From the IMG/VR virus record IMGVR_UViG_3300034102_002177: 64,000 nucleotides of DNA; one strand, 5' to 3'. This DNA is from a virus (lineage: Duplodnaviria; Heunggongvirae; Uroviricota; Caudoviricetes). The translations under genes and the position numbers were made by a program. The notes beneath the pieces are model-generated. The model was not told the origin of the DNA. It searched no databases and was given only the letters and a program-made list of their open reading frames with translations. Below, one piece after another: positions 28,290-38,261 of this stretch (positions are counted from its first letter, which is position 1; every line of letters begins with the position of its first letter).

Positions 28290-28604
28290 ATGGAAATTAC
28301 GAGTGTAGAATTACAAGAAAAAATCAACAAAGGTGAAAAACTTATTATTGAGTTTTGGGCTGAATGGTGTGGGCCATGTAGAATGATGAAACCCATCTTT
28401 GAGAGAATCTCAACTGAAAATACATCTGACGTACAAATGTATACAATGAATGTTGATTTAAATAGAGAAGTTGGGGCATCGTTAGGTATTAGAAGTATCC
28501 CTACGATTAAGGTAATCAATTCTGGTGAAGTTATTGACACAAAAGTTGGTGTTCTTAACGAAGGACAACTAAAAGGTATGTTAACTGAATTAATTAATGG
28601 ATAA
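28290..28604 (+). CDS. trxA: Thioredoxin
   Basis: WAEWCGPCRMMKP active site. Confidence 0.85.
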   Translation: MEITSVELQEKINKGEKLIIEFWAEWCGPCRMMKPIFERISTENTSDVQMYTMNVDLNREVGASLGIRSIPTIKVINSGEVIDTKVGVLNEGQLKGMLTELING

Positions 28605-28881
28605 GGTAGCGGTTCTTTTTACGATGAAACAATGTCCTTTTTGTCATATGTTAAAAGAAATGTTAGACAAAGAGGGTGTTGAATATGTTGATCGTGACAT
28701 ACACGAATATGAGGAAGAGTATAACTTATTTGTTGAAGTAACAGAAAATGAGTTTGTTCCTGCGTTTATGTTGATTGAATCACCTGAGAATAATCCTGTT
28801 ACTAGATTATTTGCCCCTGACCGAGATTTTGAAGATATCAATCAGGGTGCTAAAATCATTAAAGAATTCTTTGAAAGATAG
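28597..28881 (+). CDS. Glutaredoxin-like (NrdH/Grx) redoxin
   Basis: N-terminal MKQCPFCHMLK CxxC in glutaredoxin context. Overlaps trx by 8 nt. Confidence 0.65.
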   Translation: MDKVAVLFTMKQCPFCHMLKEMLDKEGVEYVDRDIHEYEEEYNLFVEVTENEFVPAFMLIESPENNPVTRLFAPDRDFEDINQGAKIIKEFFER

Positions 28882-28882
28882 A

Positions 28883-29578
28883 TTAGAAGACAATAACGTC
28901 TTCCAATCTATCTTGGATAAGATATGGTTTTTCTCCCATAGGATCTAATATATCTTGAATTATATTATATCCATCCACTTTAGTTTTAAAGTCCTCTAAA
29001 TCAAAGTCAAATAGGTCTAATATTAAAGATTTAATAATATTTTTATCTAATCCTTTATCTGTCACTATTTTAATTTTAAAATCTTCATTGGAATCAATTT
29101 TCTTACTAAAGAAAAAGTGAACCTCATCAGTCATTATTGTGCTATAAACTTGGTTAAACATATAGTGGGTGTAGTAAACCATTAATCTACCACAGTTTAA
29201 ACTATGACCGTAGGGGAATTCAGAATTGATTGATATTTCACTTAAAGGTTCAGGTTCTTCAACGAACGGGTGTTTATTAACTTTAACCCATCCTTTCTCA
29301 ATGTTACCAATTTCTTGGTTATATTTGATAATATCAATAACGTTAAGTGATTTTATTTCTAATGACGTTAAGATGTCTTGAAATTTTTCCGTAAATTCAT
29401 CTCTTATTAAATTTACATCTAAAAATGTTTCACTTGTGGTTATACCATTTATAACATAAAAAGATCCCACATCTGAAACTTGTATTATTGAATTTTCATT
29501 CTTATCAATTTTAGATAAAATGAAATCGGCAAATAAATTAACAATGCCTCTTTTTGAATTTTTATTTATTAATCTCAT
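28883..29578 (-). CDS. Hypothetical protein
   Basis: 231-aa minus-strand ORF. Confidence 0.45.
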   Translation of the reverse strand: MRLINKNSKRGIVNLFADFILSKIDKNENSIIQVSDVGSFYVINGITTSETFLDVNLIRDEFTEKFQDILTSLEIKSLNVIDIIKYNQEIGNIEKGWVKVNKHPFVEEPEPLSEISINSEFPYGHSLNCGRLMVYYTHYMFNQVYSTIMTDEVHFFFSKKIDSNEDFKIKIVTDKGLDKNIIKSLILDLFDFDLEDFKTKVDGYNIIQDILDPMGEKPYLIQDRLEDVIVF

Positions 29579-29639
29579 ACCTTTTTTTTACAATTGATAT
29601 GGATTTTAAATGAATATCTAAATAGTTAATGATTTTTAG

Positions 29640-30725
29640 TTAAATATAATCTGATAACATATCATTTATATTCTTCTCAACTTCACGGTAGTCAGGATAA
29701 TCTGGTATTCTAAAATCTAAGTAATCCATTATTTCCGAATCCATTAAATGTTTAATCATTTCGGTATATGATCCGTGATAGTCAAGGTTATCTTCGTTAT
29801 ATCCTGAACCTTCAAATGAACTAAGAAATCTGTGTACATCATTATAAAAATCTCGTATTTTAATATATGGGGTATAATAAGTTCTATCATTCTTTGTTGA
29901 CTGTTCTTCGGTTATGTCACCAACAAATAATCTTTCTAATTCTGATCTAACATCGTCATAAATTTCACTTTCATAAGCACTGTTATATGAGTTACTGTGT
30001 AGTGAGTACAATTCTTGTTTTAAATCATCAAGATCGTCATTAAGAAGTAGTTTCATTGATTCTTCATCTCTGAGTAATTCACCGACATTTTCCGTTGTAA
30101 TTGTAAATTCTCCCGATTCATTTGAAATACTATCAAAAAATTCAGTTTCATAATCATCAATTGATAAAACCTGATTACCAATACGATCAACTATATAATG
30201 AGAGATAACTTCTAAATTTTCTTTATCTAAAACTTCAATAACATCCCTATAAACATCATTAGTTGTGTCCCAATATGGTTCAAATATATCATCTTCACCT
30301 AAAACTGATTTTGCAACATCACGGGGAGAAGTACTTCTACCATAATCTTTAAAAAATTGAGATAATTCTTCTCGGTCTGTTAAACGAAGGTAATAATCTT
30401 CACCCCTTAGCTCAACGTCTGATAAAAGGTCATCACAAATAAATGACAAAGTTTCTTTTGGATTTTTCTCTAATTTATACAAAAGAAATTTATTTGATGA
30501 TTCGTCTGGAACTGATCTATATTCTAAATTATCTAAAAGACCTAAAGAATCCAAAAATTCCATTTCAGGAAAATCATCTTCCGGTATCTGATTTATATCA
30601 ATTCTATCTAATAAGTTTTTACCTTTTAAAAATTTTAAAAAAGTCGTAATTTTACGATTAAAAATAGGTGATATATCTTCCCAATCACCATCATTAAAAT
30701 TTTGTATAATTTGTCTTAAATCCAT
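29640..30725 (-). CDS. Acidic hypothetical protein
   Basis: 361-aa minus-strand ORF. Confidence 0.45.
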   Translation of the reverse strand: MDLRQIIQNFNDGDWEDISPIFNRKITTFLKFLKGKNLLDRIDINQIPEDDFPEMEFLDSLGLLDNLEYRSVPDESSNKFLLYKLEKNPKETLSFICDDLLSDVELRGEDYYLRLTDREELSQFFKDYGRSTSPRDVAKSVLGEDDIFEPYWDTTNDVYRDVIEVLDKENLEVISHYIVDRIGNQVLSIDDYETEFFDSISNESGEFTITTENVGELLRDEESMKLLLNDDLDDLKQELYSLHSNSYNSAYESEIYDDVRSELERLFVGDITEEQSTKNDRTYYTPYIKIRDFYNDVHRFLSSFEGSGYNEDNLDYHGSYTEMIKHLMDSEIMDYLDFRIPDYPDYREVEKNINDMLSDYI

Positions 30726-30741
30726 ATCTAATTAATAAATA

Positions 30742-30770
30742 TAAAAAAAGGTGGAAAAATAATTCTCCAC
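30742..30770 (-). terminator. Minus-strand intrinsic terminator GGTGGA-N10-TCCACC with a T-run on the minus strand
   Basis: Perfect 6-bp IR. The A-run at 30743-30748 is the T-run on the minus strand. Confidence 0.45.
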
Positions 30771-30793
30771 CTCAACAATTAGCATAACACCTA

Positions 30794-30934
30794 TTACTTA
30801 TTCTTGTAATATTTCTCAACAATTTTTTTCACAGATTCCTGAACCGTAGCATTTTGTGGTGCTGGCTGAGGTTGTGCTTGTGGTTGAGGTGCCGCTTGTG
30901 CTTGATTTTTTTTACATCCGCATCCCATGATCAT
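30794..30934 (-). CDS. Small Cys-rich protein MIMGCGCKKNQAQAAPQPQ...
   Basis: 46-aa ORF followed by its own terminator. Below the track cutoff. Confidence 0.3.
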   Translation of the reverse strand: MIMGCGCKKNQAQAAPQPQAQPQPAPQNATVQESVKKIVEKYYKNK

Positions 30935-30978
30935 TTGTTTTTATTAGGTTTATTTATCTATAAATATCTAAAGATTAT

Positions 30979-30986
30979 TATATTTG
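30979..30986 (+). promoter_or_regulatory. Bacteroidetes-type -7 box TAtaTTTG
   Basis: Exact TAnnTTTG. Implies a TSS near 30993, so the second Met (31012) is the likely start. Confidence 0.45.
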
Positions 30987-31011
30987 TAAAGAATTGAATA
31001 TTTATTATTAT

Positions 31012-32502
31012 ATGTCAAGAATAGTAGAGATAAAGGAAAGTGATTTAGTTGATCTAATAAAAACTATAATATTTGAGGAAACTGAAGATCAAAATGATTA
31101 TTATGATCTTTCACCTGAACAGTATTATAAATTGTTACGATCTGTTAATTATGTGGCTCAGGCAATACCTAAGTTACCAATGTTTAAAGGTAAAAAACTT
31201 AGAGTTAATGGTAATTTAAATTTATCCGATAAACCTATTAAAAGTTTGGGTGAATTATCAATAACTGGACAGTTAGATTTTAGGAATACAAATATAAAAA
31301 GTTTAGAGGGTGTTGAATATGGTGTCCTTGGGACTTATTATGGTACGCCATATTCGGAAGAAATTGAAAGACGTAAAAAACAAAAAGAAAGAGACGATGC
31401 CGATCAGAGAAGAATTGATGATGAGTGGAATTTAAACGATACTGATAATACTGGGGAAATGGCTCATGCGGTATTCCGATTTATGGTTAATGAGGGTGAT
31501 ATTGATGAGTTAGATGAAGATGAAATTGAAGAGTTAAAAAGTTTAGAACAAAAACTAGAGGAACTCCAAGATAGGATTGATGTTGAATCAGATGCTGATG
31601 TGGTTGATGAATTAACAAATGATTATGATGAGTTACAATATGATATTGACGAACTTAAATCTAAAAATAATGATGTTTACGGATTAATTCCAACCGGTTA
31701 TAATCATTATGAGATGGATACATTTAGATCAATTCATGATGATACAAATGGAAATACATATGCGGTTGGTACCGAATACGAAGCGGATAAATCTCTTGAA
31801 ACTTATTATGATGATATGGTGGATGATTTAAGTAATTTTGATAAAAATACTTTATCTTATTATATTGATGGTGATGAGGTGGCTGAATATTTTGAGGAAA
31901 CAATAAGAGAATGGATCTATGATGACCCGGATAATTATGATGTGACAAGATATCTGTCCAAATCTCAAGAAACCGAAATAAAAGAATTAGAGGTTGAGTT
32001 ATTTTTATTAAACTATGGTATTATACCACCATTAGAATTGGTTGTTAACCGAGAAAATAATTGGGAGTACACTGATGGTGTCGGAAATAAAATAAACTTT
32101 ATTTCCAACCAAGACGGTAGTAGTACGGTTTTATTAAATGGGACACCAACTCTCAAGAATCCGGTATATGAAGATATTGATTGGGATGAAATGTCAGAAA
32201 ATATTTCTGAAAGAATTGTTGATATTAATGATGAGATAGAAACAATAAAAGATAATCCGGATGGAGATCTTGATGACAGTACTGTTGAAAGAGAAGTTGA
32301 AGAAAAAATGGATGAAATAAAAGATGATCCAGTTAGATGGTTGGACGACTATGGTATGGAGTATCAACAATTTGTAGATGTGAGAGGTTTAAAGGACCAA
32401 TTAGTAAGTGAATCGGATTATGGTACATTGGCAAGTTATGACGGAACTTATGATGAAATTAGAGTTGATAATACAAACTACGTTGTCTTTAGAATTGACT
32501 AA
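31012..32502 (+). CDS. Large highly acidic protein
   Basis: About 497-aa D/E-rich ORF. Alternative start at 30994. Confidence 0.5.
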   Translation: MSRIVEIKESDLVDLIKTIIFEETEDQNDYYDLSPEQYYKLLRSVNYVAQAIPKLPMFKGKKLRVNGNLNLSDKPIKSLGELSITGQLDFRNTNIKSLEGVEYGVLGTYYGTPYSEEIERRKKQKERDDADQRRIDDEWNLNDTDNTGEMAHAVFRFMVNEGDIDELDEDEIEELKSLEQKLEELQDRIDVESDADVVDELTNDYDELQYDIDELKSKNNDVYGLIPTGYNHYEMDTFRSIHDDTNGNTYAVGTEYEADKSLETYYDDMVDDLSNFDKNTLSYYIDGDEVAEYFEETIREWIYDDPDNYDVTRYLSKSQETEIKELEVELFLLNYGIIPPLELVVNRENNWEYTDGVGNKINFISNQDGSSTVLLNGTPTLKNPVYEDIDWDEMSENISERIVDINDEIETIKDNPDGDLDDSTVEREVEEKMDEIKDDPVRWLDDYGMEYQQFVDVRGLKDQLVSESDYGTLASYDGTYDEIRVDNTNYVVFRID

Positions 32503-32543
32503 TATCTTTACAGAATAGAAAAATATTATTATCTTTATGTGTA

Positions 32544-33326
32544 ATGGGAAGAAAGAAAAAAATAGAGTTTTTAATGAACACCGAGTGGATGTTTGAAAAA
32601 CCTATTGACCAAGAGCACAAAGAATACAAGTTATTATCGTACTTCCAAAAAATGGGAGAAAAATTAGACAACATGGAACTGTATCCAAGTTTCATTGAAT
32701 TATCATTACATTTAGCGAATATCCAAACCTTAATTAAGGATAAGAAAATAATTTATACCGATAAGAAATTTTCAACAATAGACGATGAGTTACTTGTTAA
32801 AGATTTAAAGATCAAAGAAATCCCAACACTGGAAAGTGATGAAATGGGTGAATTTACAAAAATACTTTCGTATAGTGCTCCAAGGATGTTAGAATACTTT
32901 AACATAGCAAAATCTGTTTGGGAAATAGTTTTTGATAGTATTGTTATGAAGTTAAAGAAAAACAAAAGTGAAGTTTTACAAAAAAAAGGTTATTTTTATT
33001 ATATTAATCCTAAAGATGAGATGTATTATGTTTGGGAGTATGATATTAAACCTGTTAATAAAAAATCACCTGAAAGTAAAACTTTAGTGAATTTAATATA
33101 TTCAGATAAAAAAAATAATTTGACAATTACAAAAATTATAAATACATTTAGTCAATGGAACACAGAAAATAAATCAAAGTTACCTCTATTTGAAATGAGT
33201 TGTGAGGGTGAGTTTCCGATTAATGAAACACTTTTACCTCTTTTCAAAAGAAAGTTGATTAGTTATGTAAACCAAGTACAAATGTTGGAAAACTACAAAA
33301 AGAACAAGGAACAATTAAATTCTTAA
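32544..33326 (+). CDS. Hypothetical protein
   Basis: 260-aa ORF. Confidence 0.45.
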   Translation: MGRKKKIEFLMNTEWMFEKPIDQEHKEYKLLSYFQKMGEKLDNMELYPSFIELSLHLANIQTLIKDKKIIYTDKKFSTIDDELLVKDLKIKEIPTLESDEMGEFTKILSYSAPRMLEYFNIAKSVWEIVFDSIVMKLKKNKSEVLQKKGYFYYINPKDEMYYVWEYDIKPVNKKSPESKTLVNLIYSDKKNNLTITKIINTFSQWNTENKSKLPLFEMSCEGEFPINETLLPLFKRKLISYVNQVQMLENYKKNKEQLNS

Positions 33327-33466
33327 TATGGATAAAAATTTTGACAAATTAATTGAAAAATTAATTAAGGATCTACCAAATGATATGGAGTTAGGTAGAG
33401 AAATCAGAAAGGCATATATTAAAAATGTAAAAGAAAAAAAATCCGAAACCCTTAAATCTAATTTAA

Positions 33467-33649
33467 ATGGGATTCAATAAAAGAATTTTCACAAAAGAAC
33501 TTATTATAAGACACATTTATGATATTGAAAGATATCTAAGTGTTGATGCGGCATTTTTGAGAGATGATTTCTCAAGAGATGTTTATAGAATGCATAATGA
33601 GGGAAAATCAAAAGAAGAAATAATAAAATACATAAATGAAAACAAATGA
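33467..33649 (+). CDS. Small hypothetical protein
   Basis: 60-aa ORF abutting glnA-like gene. Confidence 0.3.
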   Translation: MGFNKRIFTKELIIRHIYDIERYLSVDAAFLRDDFSRDVYRMHNEGKSKEEIIKYINENK

Positions 33650-34770
33650 AAATTAAGTTAGAGTATGTTTGGCTTGATGGATACAAACCAGAACCAAACC
33701 TTAGAAGTAAAGTTAAAATTGTTGAAAGTGAAGTTCCTATGGAATTAAAAGATATTCCGGTATGGAATTTTGATGGATCATCCACTTCTCAAGCGGAAAC
33801 AGGTAATTCGGATCGTCTTTTAAAACCTGTTAGACAATATACAACCCATGGATTCCCATTCATAAATGATACTGTGTATGTGTTATGTGAAGTATTAAAT
33901 CCTGATGGTACACCACACGAATCAAATAAAAGATCTCAGATTGGAGATAACTTTGAAGATCTTTGGTTTGGTTTTGAACAAGAATACTTTATTCGTGAAG
34001 AAATTAACGGAAACATTTTAGGACATAAAAGAAACATTCTTAAAGGTCAGGGTGAATATTATTGTGGTGTGGGTCATAATGTTGTTGGTCGTGATTTTGT
34101 TGAAGAACATTTAGAAATGTGTTTAAACTACGGAATTGATATTACCGGTATAAATGCTGAAGTTGCTTTAGGCCAGTGGGAATATCAAGTATTTTCAAAA
34201 GGAAAACATAAAGGAGGAGATGATCTCTGGATGACTCGTTACTTCTTATTTAAGATGGGGGAAAAATACGGATATCATATTGAACTACATCCAAAACCAT
34301 TAACTCACGGAGAATGGAATGGATCAGGACTCCACACAAATTTTTCAACAGATATGATGAGAAACGAGGGGAATGAGAAATATTTTATGGCTTTGTTTAA
34401 TGCATTTGAATCAAGACACCAAGATCATATTAAAGCGTATGGGTCCAACAACAACCTTCGTTTAACTGGTGAGTATGAAACTCAATCAATTGATAAGTTC
34501 AGTTGGGGTGTGTCTGATCGAGGAGCGTCAATTAGAGTTCCACAAGATACCGCAAAAGAATGGAAAGGTTATGTTGAAGATCGTAGACCTGGATCAAACG
34601 CGGATCCATACAAAATTATTCGTGAGATTGTTAAATCATTAGACACCACTAAACAAATCTATGAAATGAAAGATATAATGACTAGATTTGTTGATATGGA
34701 TGGTTTAAGTGGTAAGTACAATGCCATATCAAATGAAGAATTATTAAAAGAATATAGAGAGGAGGAATAA
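33646..34770 (+). CDS. Glutamine synthetase, type II (GSII)
   Basis: N-terminal LEYVWLDG, GFEQEYF, GLHTNFST, RGASIRVP. All are hallmark GSII motifs. Confidence 0.85.
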   Translation: MKIKLEYVWLDGYKPEPNLRSKVKIVESEVPMELKDIPVWNFDGSSTSQAETGNSDRLLKPVRQYTTHGFPFINDTVYVLCEVLNPDGTPHESNKRSQIGDNFEDLWFGFEQEYFIREEINGNILGHKRNILKGQGEYYCGVGHNVVGRDFVEEHLEMCLNYGIDITGINAEVALGQWEYQVFSKGKHKGGDDLWMTRYFLFKMGEKYGYHIELHPKPLTHGEWNGSGLHTNFSTDMMRNEGNEKYFMALFNAFESRHQDHIKAYGSNNNLRLTGEYETQSIDKFSWGVSDRGASIRVPQDTAKEWKGYVEDRRPGSNADPYKIIREIVKSLDTTKQIYEMKDIMTRFVDMDGLSGKYNAISNEELLKEYREEE

Positions 34771-34772
34771 TA

Positions 34773-35057
34773 ATGGATAATTTAAAAGTGTGTTTATGTG
34801 GGGGTACAGGACCTTGTCAGTGTCCTCCACTAAAAGTAGAACAAGTTAACCATCCACTACATTATGGTGGAGTAAACAATCCTTACGAAGCCATCAAGGT
34901 AATAGATGCTTGGGGATTAGGATTTAGTTTAGGTAATACAGTAAAATACATTTCAAGAGCCGGAAAGAAAGATTCGGATAAAGAATTACAAGATTTAAAA
35001 AAGGCATTATGGTACTTACAACACCATATTAAAATGTTAGAAAATCAAAATGGATAA
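34773..35057 (+). CDS. DUF3310-like phage protein
   Basis: HPLHYGG...PYEAIKVIDAWGLGFSLGNTVKYISRAGKK...LKKALWYLQHHI pattern. Confidence 0.45.
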   Translation: MDNLKVCLCGGTGPCQCPPLKVEQVNHPLHYGGVNNPYEAIKVIDAWGLGFSLGNTVKYISRAGKKDSDKELQDLKKALWYLQHHIKMLENQNG

Positions 35058-35370
35058 AAAAACTAAAAAAGTATTAGAAAAAGAGATTGTTGTTTTAGAT
35101 GCGATAACAAGTCCGGGGGAACTTATAAGAGAAACTTTAATTAATTTTACTTGGGGATTATTAGGGAACTCCGTAGTGGTTTTTGTTTCTAAAGAAATGG
35201 ATTTCATGGTTTTAATTAACTATATTTTATACTACATTTTAATATCATATATTGTGAATAGAAAAAAATACGAAACCATGTTAGGTAAGTTTATTGTACT
35301 TCCTGGATCGGCAGCAATCGGTGCTTATACGGGATACAAAATTGCACAATTAATTTCAGGAACATTATGA
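35050..35370 (+). CDS. Small membrane protein
   Basis: Two hydrophobic helices. Confidence 0.4.
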   Translation: MDKKTKKVLEKEIVVLDAITSPGELIRETLINFTWGLLGNSVVVFVSKEMDFMVLINYILYYILISYIVNRKKYETMLGKFIVLPGSAAIGAYTGYKIAQLISGTL

Positions 35371-36305
35371 AAATAGTAGTAACGGGAGGGGCGGGTTTTA
35401 TAGGTTCCGCATTTATAAATCACTTATTAGATAACTTTGAATGTGATGTTCTTTGTATTGATAAACTGACTTATGCTGGTAAAAGAGAAAATATCAAACA
35501 TAATGTTTCGTTTCTACAAAAAGATATTTGTGAGGTGACGGCAGATCAACTTGGTGAATTTGATTATATTGTTCATTTTGCTGCGGAATCTCATGTAGAT
35601 AATTCAATTAAAAATGGGTTACCATTTGTTAGAACTAATGTGGAAGGAACATTCAATTTGTTGGAGATTTCAAGAAAGAATAAAAATCTTAAGAAATTTA
35701 TTCACATCTCAACTGATGAAGTTTATGGGGACATGGATGATCATTTTGCAATAAACCATACTGCAACAGAGGAGAATAAGATTAAACCAAGTTCCTATTA
35801 CTCATCAACTAAGGCAGCTTCTGATATGTTAGTTATTTCCGCAAATAGGACATATGGGTTACCATACTTAATCACAAGAACTTGTAATAATTTTGGGGAA
35901 CATCAATTTGAAGAGAAATTCCTCCCAACAATTACAAGATCAATTAATGAGGGTAACTCAATACCTGTTTATGGTGATGGAAAACAGGTAAGGGAATGGA
36001 TGTATGTGTATGATAATGTAAAAGTAATATGTGACCTAATGTTTGATGATGAGGTTATAAATCAAATTTTTAACATTGGAACACGTTTTAGATTAACTAA
36101 TTTAGATATTATTAAAGAAATAGGTATTATTTTAAATAAAGATGTTAAAATAAAACACGTTGAGGATAGATTAGGTCATGATAAGAAATATGGTTTAAAT
36201 ACCAATAAAATGGATAACTACTATAAAAATAAACATGGACAAATACCTGAATTTTTAAATTTAATAAACTATCTAAAAAAAATTTACGGAAATGAAATGG
36301 GATAG
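35367..36305 (+). CDS. dTDP-glucose 4,6-dehydratase-like (RmlB) NAD-dependent sugar dehydratase/epimerase
   Basis: VTGGAGFIGSAF Rossmann, HFAAESHVDNS, YSSTKAASD (YxxxK). Confidence 0.8.
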   Translation: MKIVVTGGAGFIGSAFINHLLDNFECDVLCIDKLTYAGKRENIKHNVSFLQKDICEVTADQLGEFDYIVHFAAESHVDNSIKNGLPFVRTNVEGTFNLLEISRKNKNLKKFIHISTDEVYGDMDDHFAINHTATEENKIKPSSYYSSTKAASDMLVISANRTYGLPYLITRTCNNFGEHQFEEKFLPTITRSINEGNSIPVYGDGKQVREWMYVYDNVKVICDLMFDDEVINQIFNIGTRFRLTNLDIIKEIGIILNKDVKIKHVEDRLGHDKKYGLNTNKMDNYYKNKHGQIPEFLNLINYLKKIYGNEMG

Positions 36306-36445
36306 GAATGAATGGCAAGGAAGATCGGAGGAACAGGTAAAACGTAACTATAAAGTATTTGGAATGGGTATTATAAGTATTTTTGTTGTTACCACTGGAC
36401 TTTTAATTATTTATTTATTATTATTATAAAAAACAAAAAAAAGAA

Positions 36446-37291
36446 ATGATAGAAACAGGAAAAATAATAAATGGGGATTGTGTTGAGGTAATGAAAACAC
36501 TACCTGAAGGAACGGTAGATCTGATTGTAACGTCTCCACCTTATGGGGTTGGCATTGCGTATGATGTTCACGAAGATGATGTTGAATTTGATGAATATGT
36601 TGAGTTTGCAAAAAATTGGTTAACAGAAGCGTATAGATTATTAAAAGATGATGGAAGAATCGCTTTGAATATTCCATATGAGATTAATCGTCAAAAAAAA
36701 GGAGGTCGTATCTTTTTTGTATCTGAGATGTGGCAAATTATGAAAGAGATTGGTTATGGGTTCTTTGGAATCGTTGACCTTGAAGAACAATCACCACATA
36801 GAAGCAAGACAACGGCTTGGGGATCTTGGATGAGTCCTAGTTCACCATATATCTATAACCCAAAAGAATGTGTTATCTTAGCGTATAAGAAACAACACAT
36901 CAAAAAAGTTAAAGGTCAACCACAATGGACCGGAGTTCCAACTGATATTGAACAGGAAGATGGAACATTAAAGAAAAAAGTAGTTTATGAAGAGGAAGAT
37001 AAGAAAGAGTTTATGGAGCTTGTTTTTGGTCAGTGGAATTATTTTGCAGATACAAAATCACTCACCAAGGCGACCTTCTCAATGGACATCCCAACGAAAG
37101 CAATCAAAATATTGTCCTACAAAAACGATGTAGTATTAGATCCGTTTGCGGGATCTGGAACAACTTTAGTGGCGGCAGAAATATTAAATCGTAGATGGTT
37201 AGGAATTGAATTATCACCTAATTATATGGAAATTGCTTTAGAAAGAGTTAGTTTATTTGCGAATCAGAAATCACTCTTTGATCAAAATTGA
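36446..37291 (+). CDS. Beta-class DNA N6-adenine/N4-cytosine methyltransferase
   Basis: Motif IV DLIVTSPPYGVG precedes motif I LDPFAGSGTT. Confidence 0.8.
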   Translation: MIETGKIINGDCVEVMKTLPEGTVDLIVTSPPYGVGIAYDVHEDDVEFDEYVEFAKNWLTEAYRLLKDDGRIALNIPYEINRQKKGGRIFFVSEMWQIMKEIGYGFFGIVDLEEQSPHRSKTTAWGSWMSPSSPYIYNPKECVILAYKKQHIKKVKGQPQWTGVPTDIEQEDGTLKKKVVYEEEDKKEFMELVFGQWNYFADTKSLTKATFSMDIPTKAIKILSYKNDVVLDPFAGSGTTLVAAEILNRRWLGIELSPNYMEIALERVSLFANQKSLFDQN

Positions 37292-37627
37292 ATCTCCCTC
37301 GGTGATATCGTATTTGATACAATCACCACCATTGATCTCTAAGATCATATCACCAACACCTTCATAGTGGGAACATTTCGTATTGTCTTGTTCCCTACAT
37401 GGAGGACAGTCACTGTAAATTTTTTGAATTTTACCGTCTGATATGTAAATGATGTCTAAAGAAATCAAACAATCTTTCATCCAAAATGAATGATAACCTT
37501 CATTCATTACAAATAACATTCCATTAAATGTGTCATTAAATTTTTTACCTTTCATCCCTTCTTGAATGTCTTTATCAGTTATTGCTGATTTGACATTAAA
37601 AAGATTATTGTTTATTATTATTTCCAT
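37271..37627 (-). CDS. DUF192 (COG1430) family protein
   Basis: GMLFVMNEGYHSFWMKDCLISLDIIYISDGKI and LEINGG cores. Confidence 0.55.
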   Translation of the reverse strand: MEIIINNNLFNVKSAITDKDIQEGMKGKKFNDTFNGMLFVMNEGYHSFWMKDCLISLDIIYISDGKIQKIYSDCPPCREQDNTKCSHYEGVGDMILEINGGDCIKYDITEGDSILIKE

Positions 37628-37646
37628 ATTTATAAATATAGGAGGT

Positions 37647-38066
37647 ATGAAGAAAAATAAAAGATTTTCCGGTATATTAGTTAAATGTAATGATAAGGTA
37701 TTGTTGTGTAAGAGAAGTAATGATAATACTTTACCTGGCGTTTGGTCAATACCTGGTGGTGGGATAGAAGATGGGGAAAGTCCTGAAGATGCTGCTCGTA
37801 GAGAGTTTTATGAAGAAACAAATATCAAAGTTGATGGTAATTTAGATTTAGTTGGATTTATTGATCGTTATAATAAAGACGGGACTTATTTAAAAGGATT
37901 TATGTATGTGTACTCTTTAGAGGTGGATGAAGAGATTTATCCCGATTTAGAAAACGCAGTTGATGGTGGAGAACATACTGAATGTGGTTACTTTGGTATT
38001 AATAATTTACCATTGGATAAAAAAAATGATGAATTTTATAATATTATTGTAAATAATTTAAAATAA
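37647..38066 (+). CDS. NUDIX hydrolase
   Basis: Nudix box GGIEDGESPEDAARREFYEETNI. Start taken at the internal Met, because the track N-terminus overlaps the minus-strand gene. Confidence 0.8.
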   Translation: MKKNKRFSGILVKCNDKVLLCKRSNDNTLPGVWSIPGGGIEDGESPEDAARREFYEETNIKVDGNLDLVGFIDRYNKDGTYLKGFMYVYSLEVDEEIYPDLENAVDGGEHTECGYFGINNLPLDKKNDEFYNIIVNNLK

Positions 38067-38163
38067 AATTGAATTTTGGTAAATAATGGTATATTTATAT
38101 CATACAAAAACAACCAAAATCCCCCTTCTCAGTTATTTAATGGTTAATCAAAACATAATCCCA

Positions 38164-38210
38164 TAATTTTTTTAAAAAAAAAGTTGTGGGATTTTTTGTT
38201 TTTGTTTGGC
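38164..38210. terminator. Hairpin ATCCCATA-loop-TGTGGGAT followed by a T-rich run
   Basis: Near-perfect IR with a palindromic T7/A9 loop. Confidence 0.4.
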
Positions 38211-38227
38211 AGTTTAAAAAATAGTAT

Positions 38228-38235
38228 TACCTTTG
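38228..38235 (+). promoter_or_regulatory. Bacteroidetes-type -7 box TAccTTTG upstream of 38262
   Basis: Exact motif, 26 nt upstream of the ATG. Confidence 0.55.
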
Positions 38236-38261
38236 TAGTGTAATTAAAAACATAAACAATT

